In this document: piece by piece, positions 48,864 through 58,943 of the stretch
Position numbering within the stretch: position 1 is the stretch's first letter
How the letters are laid out: every line of letters begins with the position of its first letter
DNA from: Pigmentiphaga sp.
GTDB lineage: Bacteria > Pseudomonadota > Gammaproteobacteria > Burkholderiales > Burkholderiaceae_B
Direction: 5' to 3'
NCBI GenBank assembly: GCA_041678365.1
Contig: JBAYOI010000001.1
Coordinates: 6,153-70,152 of the forward strand
Length of the DNA stretch: 64,000 nt
Translations under genes and position numbers: made by a program
The notes under the pieces: generated by a model
What the model was told of the DNA's origin: nothing
Seen by the model: only the letters and a program-made list of their open reading frames with translations
Databases searched by the model: none

Positions 48864-49850
48864 TTAGCTCAAGGTCACACCACTGCGCTTGACGACTTCC
48901 CCCCAGTGACTTAACTCGCTCCGCACATAGTCATTGGCTTCTTCCCTGCTCTTGCTGACGCGAGGTATTGCGCCAATGGTCTGCAGGCGATCCTTGAAGT
49001 CCTGGGTGGAAGAAATTTCATTCAGCGCCTGGAAGGTCGTATCAGAAACCGAAGCCGACACCCCTTTCGGATACATCAACATCAGCCAAGTCACGGCGCT
49101 AATGGGAACACCCTGCTCGGTCAGGGTCGGCGCATCCAGCACGCCGCTCAAGCGCTGGGAGCTCCCTACGCCAAGAACGCGCAGCTTGCCTGACTCAACC
49201 AGGGGCCGGGTTGCCGCGGCCGTTTCCAGCGCAATGGCCACGGTTCCCGCCATGACATCCGTCAGTCCGCGCGAGCTTCCTTGATAAGGCACATGCACCA
49301 TCTCAATGCCCGCATGCCGCTTGAATTCTTCCATTGCAAGATGGGACACCGTGCCATTGCCTGAAGAGGCGTTCGTCAACTTACCTGGATTTTCCTTGGC
49401 GTAAGCAATCAGCTCCTTCACATTATTGATCGGCACAGCCGGATTCGCGACCAAAACAAACGGCAGGTCACCCACCAGGCCAACGGCATCAAAATCTTTT
49501 GCGGAATCATACTGAATGCTTTTATACATATGCGGGTTGGTGGCAATCGCGGACATATGCGCCAGCATCATGACACTGCCGTCGTTCGGCGCTTTTGCCA
49601 GTTGAGCCAAGGCCAGACTGCCGCCTTGGCCGGGCCGGTTGTCCACGACATAATTGTCCCCCGTCACCGCGGCCAGCTTTTCAGCCATCATGCGCGCCAC
49701 AATATCCGTGGCTTGACCCGGCGGAAAACCAACAATCAGCCTTACGGTTTTACTTCTTGCCTGTGGCACTTGAGCATGAGCCAAACCAACGGCAGCCGAA
49801 GCGCCGATTCCCACAAGCAGTTGACGGCGGCCAAGCCGAATCGTTTCCAT
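48864..49850 (-). CDS. Bug/TctC substrate-binding protein, Tat-like signal
   Basis: GRRQLL; VGFPPGQATD, NRPGQGG and HVPYQG. Confidence 0.9.
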   Translation of the reverse strand: METIRLGRRQLLVGIGASAAVGLAHAQVPQARSKTVRLIVGFPPGQATDIVARMMAEKLAAVTGDNYVVDNRPGQGGSLALAQLAKAPNDGSVMMLAHMSAIATNPHMYKSIQYDSAKDFDAVGLVGDLPFVLVANPAVPINNVKELIAYAKENPGKLTNASSGNGTVSHLAMEEFKRHAGIEMVHVPYQGSSRGLTDVMAGTVAIALETAAATRPLVESGKLRVLGVGSSQRLSGVLDAPTLTEQGVPISAVTWLMLMYPKGVSASVSDTTFQALNEISSTQDFKDRLQTIGAIPRVSKSREEANDYVRSELSHWGEVVKRSGVTLS

Positions 49851-49883
49851 TCCTACATCCCTCCACATCGTTTTTTATAATCG

Positions 49884-50513
49884 TCAGATCACAACAGCGC
49901 CAAGCAAGGTCGCACCGACGCCCAGCATGAATGAAACCAGCAGCCACCAGGCGGGGTAGGACCCGACGGGCGCCTCCTTGAATGGATCCGTGGGCTTGGC
50001 AGCCACGGTTTCCCGGCGCAGCGGCTCGGCCGCTTTTTCCCCCGTCGGCGCGACGGGACGCTCCTCCTCTTTCACCGGCACAAAGCACTGATAAAAAGCC
50101 TTGAAAAAATCATCCGCAACTTTCTTGGCCACCGTGTCGATGAGCCTTGAGCCAACCTGCGCCAACTTCCCGCCGACTTGCGCCTTGGCCTCATAACGGA
50201 GGTGCGTCTCGCCGTTCTCTTCCTCCAAAGTGACTGACGCCGTGCCGCTTCCAAACCCCATCGCGCCGCCTTGGCCTTCAAAAACCATGATGCAAGAGGC
50301 GGGGGGATTGGCTTGCGTCACGTTCAACTTGCCGTTGAACCGTGCTCTGAGCGGACCGATTGCCGCGGTAATGATGATTTTGAACTCGTCTTCTCCCAGC
50401 TGTTCGACTTTCTCGCAGCCAGGCAGACAGCGCTTCAGGACCGCCGGATCATTCAACGCATCCCATACGGCTTGACGCGGTGCGGCAATGATTTGATTAC
50501 CTGTTATTTCCAT
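49884..50513 (-). CDS. coxG: CoxG/SRPBCC family accessory protein with C-terminal membrane anchor
   Basis: VWDALNDPAVLKRCLPGC and VGGKLAQVGSRLID motifs; hydrophobic tail. Confidence 0.85.
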   Translation of the reverse strand: MEITGNQIIAAPRQAVWDALNDPAVLKRCLPGCEKVEQLGEDEFKIIITAAIGPLRARFNGKLNVTQANPPASCIMVFEGQGGAMGFGSGTASVTLEEENGETHLRYEAKAQVGGKLAQVGSRLIDTVAKKVADDFFKAFYQCFVPVKEEERPVAPTGEKAAEPLRRETVAAKPTDPFKEAPVGSYPAWWLLVSFMLGVGATLLGAVVI

Positions 50514-50541
50514 AACGCCCTCATTTCCCTAACACGCGCGA

Positions 50542-51276
50542 TCAGGCAGGCTTGCGCTTCATTGCCGCCGCCGTATTCACCATGGAGTGCAAGGCACGCG
50601 CATAGTCAATCGCACCCAGCTCATCCATACGGGGCGCCACATGCAGATATTCCTTCAACCCCAATACCGCGGGCCTTGGGCGGCTCAACAGGATATTGCA
50701 GAACCGGTCCAGCTCGGCATCCAACTGATCGTCAGCCACGATCTGACTCACCAAACCGTATTCCATCGCCCGCTTGGCCTTGATGAAATCCGCCGAGTAG
50801 GCCATCCACAAAATGGCATTCCGGTTCATCCGGTCGTACAGCGCCGACATGACCATGGTCGGCATAACGTTATGCGCGATCTCCGGGATGTTGAAAGTTG
50901 CGCTTTCCGCGGCAAAAGAGACGTCGCACAAGGCGGCAATAGCCGTTCCGAACCCCATTGCCCGCCCCCTGATCGCGGCAACAACCGGCACTTGGGCATT
51001 TCTTATGGCTTTGTAGCTATTGAAGATCGCGTCGTATTCCGGGCGTCTTGCATAGGCTTCGGCGGCGGGCGGCGGCATGCCGTCGTCACGCACCCGTCCG
51101 GTACAAAAGTCAGGACCGATGCTTTGTAAAACCACCAAGTCCGACGTCTGATGCGCATTCATGATGGCTTCTGAAAAAGCGGCCGCCATTTTGTCCGTCA
51201 CACCATTATCTTGGGGACGGTTCAACGTAATCCGAAGCGTACGGCCATCCTGTTCAATCAAAACTTGTTCCTGCAT
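50542..51276 (-). CDS. Enoyl-CoA hydratase/isomerase (crotonase) family protein
   Basis: ITLNRP, FCTG, GRAMGFG, FNIPE and YGLVSQIV motifs. Confidence 0.85.
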   Translation of the reverse strand: MQEQVLIEQDGRTLRITLNRPQDNGVTDKMAAAFSEAIMNAHQTSDLVVLQSIGPDFCTGRVRDDGMPPPAAEAYARRPEYDAIFNSYKAIRNAQVPVVAAIRGRAMGFGTAIAALCDVSFAAESATFNIPEIAHNVMPTMVMSALYDRMNRNAILWMAYSADFIKAKRAMEYGLVSQIVADDQLDAELDRFCNILLSRPRPAVLGLKEYLHVAPRMDELGAIDYARALHSMVNTAAAMKRKPA

Positions 51277-52124
51277 TACTTATCTCCTGGGGAAGCGTGG
51301 TTTTCAAAATGGCGCAACAGCGCTTGTTGGAATAAAACGGGTTGGTCAATATTCGGCAAGTGCCCGGCATCCGGAATCACCGCCAGGCCCGACCCTGGGA
51401 TCAACGCCTGGATATTCTTCATTTCTGCGGGCAAAGGTTGGTCATTGGCGCCAACGATCAACGTTGTCGGCACCGTTATCCCGCTGACTCTCGGCAAATA
51501 GTTCAGCCCCAATATCGCCTGCGCGCACCCGACGAATCCGTCTACCGATGTCGCCCCGGCTTGATCCATGAAACGCGCGGCGATGTCTGGATGAAGGCTC
51601 ACAAACTCCTTGCCGAACCAACGTTCGATAGTGGTGCCAGCCAGTGAAGCCGTGCCCGACTCTTGAGCAGAGGCGATTCTTTGATGCCAGGCCGAATGCA
51701 AGGCCTCAGGCATATCGGCGCGGGCATCGCACAAACACATGCTCAACAGCCTGTCACCGTGATCAAGCGCCAGGCCAAACCCGCTCATGCCCCCCAACGA
51801 CAAGCCGACATAGTGGACGCGAGCCAGATTCAAGGCGTCGAGAACGGCAACCGTATCCGCAACCAGGTCTTCCATGCCGCATGGCAGCGGCGGGGAACCG
51901 GAGCGCCCATGGCCTCGCGTGTCGGCCCGGATCACCCGCCACCCCTGCGTGGCCAGCAGCGCGGCCTCCGCCTCCCACATCATGCTTGAGGACAAAATTG
52001 AATGCGTCATGAATACGGCGGGAGCTTCCGGATCTCCTTGCACATAAACGGCCAGCTCGGCGGCGGGGCCGGGCACACGAAAAGATGCAACCCGGGCCGC
52101 GGAAACATCGATTGCCTTTTTCAT
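51276..52124 (-). CDS. Alpha/beta hydrolase (PcaD enol-lactonase-like)
   Basis: DTRGHG, GLSLGG nucleophile elbow, GAND and AGHL motifs. Confidence 0.85.
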   Translation of the reverse strand: MKKAIDVSAARVASFRVPGPAAELAVYVQGDPEAPAVFMTHSILSSSMMWEAEAALLATQGWRVIRADTRGHGRSGSPPLPCGMEDLVADTVAVLDALNLARVHYVGLSLGGMSGFGLALDHGDRLLSMCLCDARADMPEALHSAWHQRIASAQESGTASLAGTTIERWFGKEFVSLHPDIAARFMDQAGATSVDGFVGCAQAILGLNYLPRVSGITVPTTLIVGANDQPLPAEMKNIQALIPGSGLAVIPDAGHLPNIDQPVLFQQALLRHFENHASPGDK

Positions 52125-54541
52125 TCCACGCACTCCGTTTCCGCGGCGTTCACCGTGCTGGCTTGACGCACGGTTTCCCAAATGGCTTGGGGCGTCATCG
52201 GCAAGGCATCGATACTGGCGCCGACCTGCGTCAGCGCATCATTGACGGCGCTGGCAATGGCTGCCGGTCCACCCAGATAGCCGGCTTCCCCCGAGCCCTT
52301 TTGCCCGAACTCCGTCAATGGCGAGGGAGTGCAGTGATCCACAATCGTGACGGAGGGCACTTCCATCGAGCTTGGCAACAAATAATCCATGAAGGTGCCG
52401 GCCAGCAACTGCCCCTCCTCCGAGAAAGCAAACTTTTCCATCGTGGCCGCGCCCAGGCCATGAGCGATGCCGCCATACGTCATGCCATGAACGACATCCG
52501 GGCTGATCATGACGCCGCAATCATGTCCACAGACATATCGATGAAAGATCAACTTTCCAGTTTCCGGATCAATGCTCAGCAAAACGACATGAGACTCAAA
52601 CGAATGGCAGGGATACATCTGCACCCGGTCATCCTCCGTGGGCATCTTGCCCCCCGTCGGCACTTCCCAGACGAACTTCTCCTGCAACCCCGGCTCCATC
52701 CCCTCGGGCATCTTGTGATACATGCGATGGGCAATATCAACCAGGCTCTCCCATGACATCCTCACGGCCGGATCCGCTTTAGCAACAACCGCCCCGTCCA
52801 CGTATTCGATCTGCTCTTCCGGCAAACCCAGGTTGTGGGCGGCAATACGCAACAGCTTCGCCTTGAGTTTTTTTGCCGCGCCCGCCGCAGCCCCGCCCAG
52901 CATGATCGCCATGCGACTGCCCACCGGGCTGTTGGACGGCAGCGCATTCAACGAGTCCGCGTGCAGCACGCGAATATCATCCGGCTCTCGTTGCAACACC
53001 TCACCCACCACAGTCGAGACCAAGGTTTCATGCGCCTGCCCCGACGTGGAGGTCCCCATCAAGGCCGTCACGGCGCCGGAAAGGTCAATTCTCACCAGGC
53101 AGGAGTCCATCCAGGTCGTCGTGGTGTTCTTGGGATTGAAAAGGGGTTCAAAGGCCGAGTTCCCCCCTGAAGGCTCCAGGCAGGTGGAGATGCCCACGCC
53201 CGCCAACAGCCCCTTCGCCCTCAAGGCATCGCGCTGTTGCAATACCTCCTCGATCGAGGCCGCCGCCAAGGCCTTGTCCATGACAGCCTCATAATCGCCC
53301 GAATCATAGGTCGTGCCACTCGGTATCAAATAAGGGAACTCATCCTTGGCAATCAGGTTCCGCCGCCTCAGCTCAATGCGGTCCAAGCCTAAATAACGCG
53401 CCACTTTGTCAATACCGCTCTCAATGGCATAGTTGGTGGGAGACTGCCCGAATCCCCGCACGGCTTCCTGCGGCGTTTTATTGGTCATCACCGAGATCGC
53501 TTCATACTCGACGCTCTGGATCCGGTAGGGACCGACAATCGCGCCAACGGGCTTGCCAAGCTGGAGGGGCGAGCGGCCGGAATACGCGCCAATGTCATCC
53601 ACCGCGCGCATTCGCATCGAACGAATGATCCCGGTGCTGTCAAAAGCAAGCTTGACGTCGAACAGGCGGTCTGGCCCCTGCATATCGCCCCCCCGCATAT
53701 TTTCCAGGCGGTCCTCGACAAACCGGACCGGCCGACCCAGCTTCTTGGCAAGATAGGCGACCAGAATCGTGTGCTTGATGCCGCGCTTGACGCCGTAACT
53801 CCCCCCTACATCAACGTCGTAATGAACCCGCACCGCGTTCCCGGGCAACCGTAATGCCTTTGCCAGCAAGTCCGGATACTTAGGCATTTGTATTGAGGCC
53901 CAGACATCAAGCATGTTTGTTGCGCCATTCCACCAAGCGCTGACCGCAAAGGTTTCAATGGGCACCGTCGAACTTCTTGCCCAGCGCACTTGATAAGAAA
54001 GCTCATGCGCGGCCTGGGAAAAGTGATCGTCAACCTCACCCCAGGTGAACACACGCTGGAAAATGACGTTGGACCCGTGTTTCGGGTGAACCTGGGGCGC
54101 AGAGCCCTCCATGGCAAGCAGGGGATCAACCACATGCGGAAGCGGCGCATAATCAACCTCAACCAGCTCCGCGGCATCCTCCGCCAGCGCGCGCGTCTCG
54201 GCAACCACCGCCGCCACCCATTCCCCCGCGTAGCGCGCCACACCATTTGCCAGCGGATACCGCTGCACTGCCGGCGCATCGACGCCGGGCAGCAAGGCAT
54301 TGGTTGCCGAGCACAGTTCCTCTCCGGTCAGGACGGCGTGGACGCCGGGCATTTCCAACGCCGCCGAAACGTCAATAGACCGGATCTCGGCATGCGCGTA
54401 AGGACTGGCCACGATCGCCACATGCAATAGGCCAGGCAATGGGATGTCCGCCGCATAACGCCCCTGCCCCATCACAAACCGCTTATGCTCGACGGCGCGC
54501 CGTGGACGGCCGATATAACGAAAGGCTTTTTTTTCACTCAT
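52121..54541 (-). CDS. Xanthine dehydrogenase family molybdopterin-binding large subunit
   Basis: SPYAHA, VGGSYGVK, AVRGFG, GQAHET, GSR and KGSGE motifs. Confidence 0.92.
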   Translation of the reverse strand: MSEKKAFRYIGRPRRAVEHKRFVMGQGRYAADIPLPGLLHVAIVASPYAHAEIRSIDVSAALEMPGVHAVLTGEELCSATNALLPGVDAPAVQRYPLANGVARYAGEWVAAVVAETRALAEDAAELVEVDYAPLPHVVDPLLAMEGSAPQVHPKHGSNVIFQRVFTWGEVDDHFSQAAHELSYQVRWARSSTVPIETFAVSAWWNGATNMLDVWASIQMPKYPDLLAKALRLPGNAVRVHYDVDVGGSYGVKRGIKHTILVAYLAKKLGRPVRFVEDRLENMRGGDMQGPDRLFDVKLAFDSTGIIRSMRMRAVDDIGAYSGRSPLQLGKPVGAIVGPYRIQSVEYEAISVMTNKTPQEAVRGFGQSPTNYAIESGIDKVARYLGLDRIELRRRNLIAKDEFPYLIPSGTTYDSGDYEAVMDKALAAASIEEVLQQRDALRAKGLLAGVGISTCLEPSGGNSAFEPLFNPKNTTTTWMDSCLVRIDLSGAVTALMGTSTSGQAHETLVSTVVGEVLQREPDDIRVLHADSLNALPSNSPVGSRMAIMLGGAAAGAAKKLKAKLLRIAAHNLGLPEEQIEYVDGAVVAKADPAVRMSWESLVDIAHRMYHKMPEGMEPGLQEKFVWEVPTGGKMPTEDDRVQMYPCHSFESHVVLLSIDPETGKLIFHRYVCGHDCGVMISPDVVHGMTYGGIAHGLGAATMEKFAFSEEGQLLAGTFMDYLLPSSMEVPSVTIVDHCTPSPLTEFGQKGSGEAGYLGGPAAIASAVNDALTQVGASIDALPMTPQAIWETVRQASTVNAAETECVE

Positions 54542-55025
54542 GCGGGACCTCTTGCTCAACCACGTGCTTGACTGCATCAACAATTTGTTGATAGCCGGTA
54601 CAGCGGCAAATATTGCCGCTGATCGCTTCCCGGATCTGCGCCTCGTTCGGACGGGCATTCTCGCTCAGCAAGGCATGGCATGCGATAAGCATTCCCGGCG
54701 TACAGTAGCCGCACTGCAGTGCGTGCTTTTCACAAAAAGCATCCTGCAAAGGCGAAAGCTTCTCTCTTTCCGGAGCCAGGCCCTCAACCGTCGTCACGGA
54801 ATGGCCTTCCGCCTGAACCGCAAACATGCAGCAGGAACGAACGGGTTCGCCGTCAAGCAGCACGCTGCACGCGCCGCACACCCCATGCTCACAGCCAATG
54901 TGCGTGCCGGTTAAGCCCAAGGTGTCCCGCAAAAAATCCACCAATGTCGTTCGAGGCTCAACCTGAGCTTCCCGGACAATGCCATTGACCGTAATGGCAA
55001 CGCTTTGAAATTTCCTAGTGCTCAT
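54534..55025 (-). CDS. [2Fe-2S] small subunit (CoxS/CutS-like)
   Basis: GCEHGVCGAC, QCGYCTPG and NICRCTGY motifs. Confidence 0.93.
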   Translation of the reverse strand: MSTRKFQSVAITVNGIVREAQVEPRTTLVDFLRDTLGLTGTHIGCEHGVCGACSVLLDGEPVRSCCMFAVQAEGHSVTTVEGLAPEREKLSPLQDAFCEKHALQCGYCTPGMLIACHALLSENARPNEAQIREAISGNICRCTGYQQIVDAVKHVVEQEVPHE

Positions 55026-55923
55026 GTCCTACACCCCGAAATGATGACTGTGCAAGCTGCTTGGCCTGGCGCAAGACCCGCCCGGCCAAAATCGTTGCCA
55101 AATGGCGGCGGTAATCCGCGCTTGCATGCAAGTCGTTTCCTGGCTCGCAAGACATTGCCGCTTCTCTTGAAATCTCGGTCAGCAGCGCGTCGTCAAGGCG
55201 CTCTCCTTCGAGCCTTTGAGCCAACTCGGGGAAGCTGCGCGGCGTACCGTCCACGCCGCCCAACCCGAATGCGGCCCGCCGACAGACCCCAGCCTCGTCC
55301 AACTGGATCTGCGCAGCGGCGGAAGCCATGGCAAAATCGCCATGCCGGATTGCCACCTCGTCAAAAGCGCTGCCCACGCCGCGCGTCCCCCAAACCGGCC
55401 ATTCGACGCTTATCAGGCACTCGGTATCCTGGATATCTGTAAACATGGGACCCTGGAAGAACGCCGACGCATCCATGTCGCGCACGCCATTCTGTTGGCT
55501 TTTCAGATAGAGACGCGCTCCCAGCACCACGGCCGCCAATGGCAGCTCCGCTGAAGGGTCTGCGTGGACAAGGCTGCCGCCAACGGTGCCCCGATTTCTT
55601 GTTTGGCTATGCCCAACCCATTTCAGCGCTTTTTTTATCAAGGGAAGGGGACCCGTCAACGCATCCGCATACTCCAGCGTTCTCTGGCGCATGCTGGCTC
55701 CCATGCTTACGGTTTGCGCTGTGACATCCAGTTCTTTCAGCTCGGTCAAGCCATGGATATCCACAAGCACTGATGGGCGTGCCAAGCGCATTGCCATCAT
55801 CGGGATCAGGCTTTGACCGCCGGCCAGCAGCTTCGCTTCGTAACCATACTGATGCAGAAGATCCAAAGCATGGTCCAAACCGTCAGCCCGCACATAATCG
55901 AAAGCAGCAGCTTTCACCTTCAT
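55015..55923 (-). CDS. FAD-binding medium subunit (CoxM/CutM-like)
   Basis: LAGGQSLIP, RNRGTVGGS, HADPSAE and ASADYRRHL motifs. Confidence 0.92.
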   Translation of the reverse strand: MKVKAAAFDYVRADGLDHALDLLHQYGYEAKLLAGGQSLIPMMAMRLARPSVLVDIHGLTELKELDVTAQTVSMGASMRQRTLEYADALTGPLPLIKKALKWVGHSQTRNRGTVGGSLVHADPSAELPLAAVVLGARLYLKSQQNGVRDMDASAFFQGPMFTDIQDTECLISVEWPVWGTRGVGSAFDEVAIRHGDFAMASAAAQIQLDEAGVCRRAAFGLGGVDGTPRSFPELAQRLEGERLDDALLTEISREAAMSCEPGNDLHASADYRRHLATILAGRVLRQAKQLAQSSFRGVGHEH

Positions 55924-56137
55924 ACCTCCCACGTTAGGATGTCAGGCATTGAGCAAGAGAAAACTTAGCGGCACTGACGTCAACAGCCAGCCAGCGCCTT
56001 GCTTCAGATACCTTGTTTGTGGGATAAGTATGGGGGTGCCTTGCTAACCGGGCAAAGCAGTAATCATCACATGCTGTGATTTTTTCTCACGCTGACTATA
56101 AATTGAAACGCGGAGAAACCGTCCGGCAATCCGCGCA

Positions 56138-56482
56138 TCAGTCTCGTGGCTCCAAATGAAGTTTATGGCTGATCCGATGCGCAACCGGCGCAAGGACCAA
56201 GCCCAAGGTGGCCACAAAAACCAGGCCCACCAGCATGCCATACAAGGCGAAGAAAACCTTCCCCGCCACACTGGTCGGAAGCAGGTAGGGGCCGACGCCC
56301 CCCAGAATCAAGGCGGTATTCAACAGCGCATCGTGCCAGGCGACCGGCTCAAAGACCAGATGGCCGACAATACCCAGCAGCAATGCCACGCCGATGACCA
56401 GCACCGCCAGACCAAGATGTGCCAGCAGCCGCCACAGAAAAGCCTGTGTCGACAATAATGGAGAATGTTTGGATTCGTACAT
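56138..56482 (-). CDS. Small membrane protein of unknown function
   Basis: TM - short helix (WHDALLNTALILGGVGP) - TM layout, about 114 aa. Start may be 56497. Confidence 0.65.
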   Translation of the reverse strand: MYESKHSPLLSTQAFLWRLLAHLGLAVLVIGVALLLGIVGHLVFEPVAWHDALLNTALILGGVGPYLLPTSVAGKVFFALYGMLVGLVFVATLGLVLAPVAHRISHKLHLEPRD

Positions 56483-56493
56483 ACTCGCCACGA

Positions 56494-57189
56494 TCAATGA
56501 TTAAAAAGATTGGTATTGACCAGCTGCAAATGCGTCAGCAGCAGCGCTCTGGCCAGTGCGGCATCCCGGTTCTCAAGCGCTTGCACAATCTCCCGGTGCT
56601 GCGCCTCATAGAGCGCTCTGCGCTCAAAAGACATGGAGCGAAGCTTTAACTGCTCCCAGTCAGGCTGATCCCGCATGGCATTGATAAATCCCAGCATGCA
56701 AACGAAAAAGGCGTTATTGGTGGCCTTGGCAAAGGCTTTGTGCAGTTCCCCATCCCAATGTTGAAATGCCTCGAACGTGGTGGCGGCCTCCCCCTGCTCC
56801 AGGCAGTCCCGCATCCGTGAAAAATCGCTGGCGGTGGCGTTTCGGACAATGAGTGCCGGAAACAGGGGCTCCACCATCAATCGGGCCTCCATCAGGTCAG
56901 CGGGGCTGGCCAAGGGCTGCAGGATGTCGAGCGCGGTTTTAGCGGGCGGATGGCCGATTGCCGCAACAAAAGTTCCCTGCCCGACGCGCTGCACCACCAA
57001 GCCTTTGTTTTTCAGCTCGGTCAGGACCCGGCGCACGGAACCCCTTGAAATGCCGAATTTTTTGCAGAATTCGCGCTCAGTCAACAGCTTGGTCCCGACG
57101 GCCAGCCTGCCCGACAGGATTTCGCTGCTCAACTGCTCCAGCATGGCGTTTGCGCTTTCAGATCGAAATGGGCTGGTCAGGTCTTCCAT
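56494..57189 (-). CDS. GntR/FadR family regulator
   Basis: TEREFCKKFGISRGSVR..GQGTFV HTH; FCD domain (EAR..VE, DGELH, QHREIV). Confidence 0.9.
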   Translation of the reverse strand: MEDLTSPFRSESANAMLEQLSSEILSGRLAVGTKLLTEREFCKKFGISRGSVRRVLTELKNKGLVVQRVGQGTFVAAIGHPPAKTALDILQPLASPADLMEARLMVEPLFPALIVRNATASDFSRMRDCLEQGEAATTFEAFQHWDGELHKAFAKATNNAFFVCMLGFINAMRDQPDWEQLKLRSMSFERRALYEAQHREIVQALENRDAALARALLLTHLQLVNTNLFNH

Positions 57190-57192
57190 ATA

Positions 57193-57335
57193 AATTGGTC
57201 CATTAATTGGTACATATTAAGTTCTTTTTTTAGCCATTATCACGTTAATTGGTATTGACTTGGTTATCTTTACGCATTAATTTTTGCTGAAATCCCATTA
57301 ACGCTATGGATTTCATCTTACCAAATAATACCAAT
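57193..57335. promoter_or_regulatory. Cluster of TTGGT/ACCAA half-sites, probable FadR-type operators
   Basis: AATTGGT at 57193, 57205 and 57247; TTGGT at 57260; ACCAA at 57320 and 57330, all in an AT-rich divergent promoter. Confidence 0.55.
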
Positions 57336-57345
57336 AGAGAGACCA

Positions 57346-58830
57346 ATGAACGCGCTTGACATGCCTTTGACCCAACTGCTCCCGCAACATCTGGATCTCT
57401 TTTACGCAGGCCGCTGGCACTCGCCCCGTCAACAGGGCTACGCAGAAACGTTTGATCCTTCTACGGGTGAAGCCATTGCCTCGGTCGCCCTGGCGGACGA
57501 AGAAGACGTCAACGCAGCGGTGGCCGCCGCCGCTGAAGCGTTCAGGCATTGGCGGCACACGTCCCCTCAAGCGCGGTCAACCCTGCTCAGACAAGCCGCT
57601 TCCCTCTTAAGAGAGCATGCGCAGCAACTGGCCTTGCTTGATGCCTGGAATACCGGCAACCCGGTCAGAGACCTGCTGCCTGACGTGGAAGCGGGCGCGG
57701 CTTGCCTGGATTATTTTGCGGGGCTGATCACCCAGATCAAGGGAGAGACCCAGGACCACGGTCAGGGGCGCCTGCACTACACACTGCGCGAACCGCTCGG
57801 CGTGGTGGCCAGGATTGTGGCCTACAACCATCCCCTCATGTTCGCGGCCATGAAAATCGCCGCGCCGCTGGCGGCGGGAAACACCGTAATCCTGAAAGCG
57901 GCGGAACAAGCGCCCTTGTCCGCGCTGAGAATGATGGAGCTGTTTGCCCAGCTCTTCCCGCCGGGCGTCCTGAACGTTTTGCATGGCACCAAACGCTGCG
58001 GCCAAGCCCTGGCCGCTCATCCCGGCGTGAAGAAAATCACCCTCATCGGCAGCGTGCCAAGCGGCAAGGCCGTGATGCGCGCCGCCTCCGACACCCTCAA
58101 GCCCGTGCTGCTTGAGCTGGGCGGCAAGAACGCCCTCATTGCATGCGCCGATGCCGACGCCCAAGCTGTGATTGACGCCTGCGTCCGCGGCATGAACTTC
58201 GCGTGGGCGGGACAGTCATGCGGTTCAACGAGCCGCGCCTTCATCCATGACAGCCTGTATGAGCAGGTGGTGGCGGGCGTTGCCAAGCTGGTGGGCGAGC
58301 GCCATCAGCCGGGCATCGCCACCCGGCCGGAAACCACCATGGGCCCCGTCATCAACAAGACGCATTTTGAACGGGTCATGCGTTATATCGGCGAGGCGCA
58401 ACAAGAGGGCGCGCGGCTGATCGCCGGGGGTCGGCCATCCAGCGCCACGGAACAACGCGGCGGCTATTTCATTGAACCCACCATTTTTGCTGACGTGGAT
58501 GCCTCAATGCGGATTGCCCGAGAAGAAATTTTCGGCCCGGTTCTTGCCATTTTCCGCTGGACGGATGAAGCAGACATGCTGGAGCAAGTCAATGCCACGG
58601 ACTATGGGCTGACGGCATCCATCTGGACGCGGAACCTGGCATCCGCTCACCGCTTGGCTTCAAAAATCGACGCGGGCTATCTCTGGGTCAACGAAGTGAG
58701 CAGACATTTTCTTGGCGCGCCTTTCGGCGGCTACAAACAATCCGGCTTGGGCAGAGAGGAGTCCTTCGAAGAACTCATTGCGTTTTCACAGTTAAAGAGT
58801 GTCCATGTCAAATTCGAAGACGCGCTGTAA
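57346..58830 (+). CDS. NAD(P)-dependent aldehyde dehydrogenase
   Basis: LELGGKN, GQSCGS, EEIFGPV and PFGGYKQSG motifs. Confidence 0.93.
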   Translation: MNALDMPLTQLLPQHLDLFYAGRWHSPRQQGYAETFDPSTGEAIASVALADEEDVNAAVAAAAEAFRHWRHTSPQARSTLLRQAASLLREHAQQLALLDAWNTGNPVRDLLPDVEAGAACLDYFAGLITQIKGETQDHGQGRLHYTLREPLGVVARIVAYNHPLMFAAMKIAAPLAAGNTVILKAAEQAPLSALRMMELFAQLFPPGVLNVLHGTKRCGQALAAHPGVKKITLIGSVPSGKAVMRAASDTLKPVLLELGGKNALIACADADAQAVIDACVRGMNFAWAGQSCGSTSRAFIHDSLYEQVVAGVAKLVGERHQPGIATRPETTMGPVINKTHFERVMRYIGEAQQEGARLIAGGRPSSATEQRGGYFIEPTIFADVDASMRIAREEIFGPVLAIFRWTDEADMLEQVNATDYGLTASIWTRNLASAHRLASKIDAGYLWVNEVSRHFLGAPFGGYKQSGLGREESFEELIAFSQLKSVHVKFEDAL

Positions 58831-58943
58831 GGCCGTGACAGAACCGGCATAAAAAATTTTCGTCAATTAGTCAGCATGCTGAGTAGCGAGCTGCTCAGGC
58901 GCCACCAAGGCGTTGCCAGCGTGTTCAACCAGAGGAGAAAAGG

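Noticed and set aside
52121-55923. Aerobic CO dehydrogenase call
   Set aside because: The large subunit lacks the AYRCSFR/AYRGAGR loop.
56075-56091. CRP/FNR-like site TGTGA...TCAC
   Set aside because: Spacing is 7 rather than 6 nt; too weak to call.
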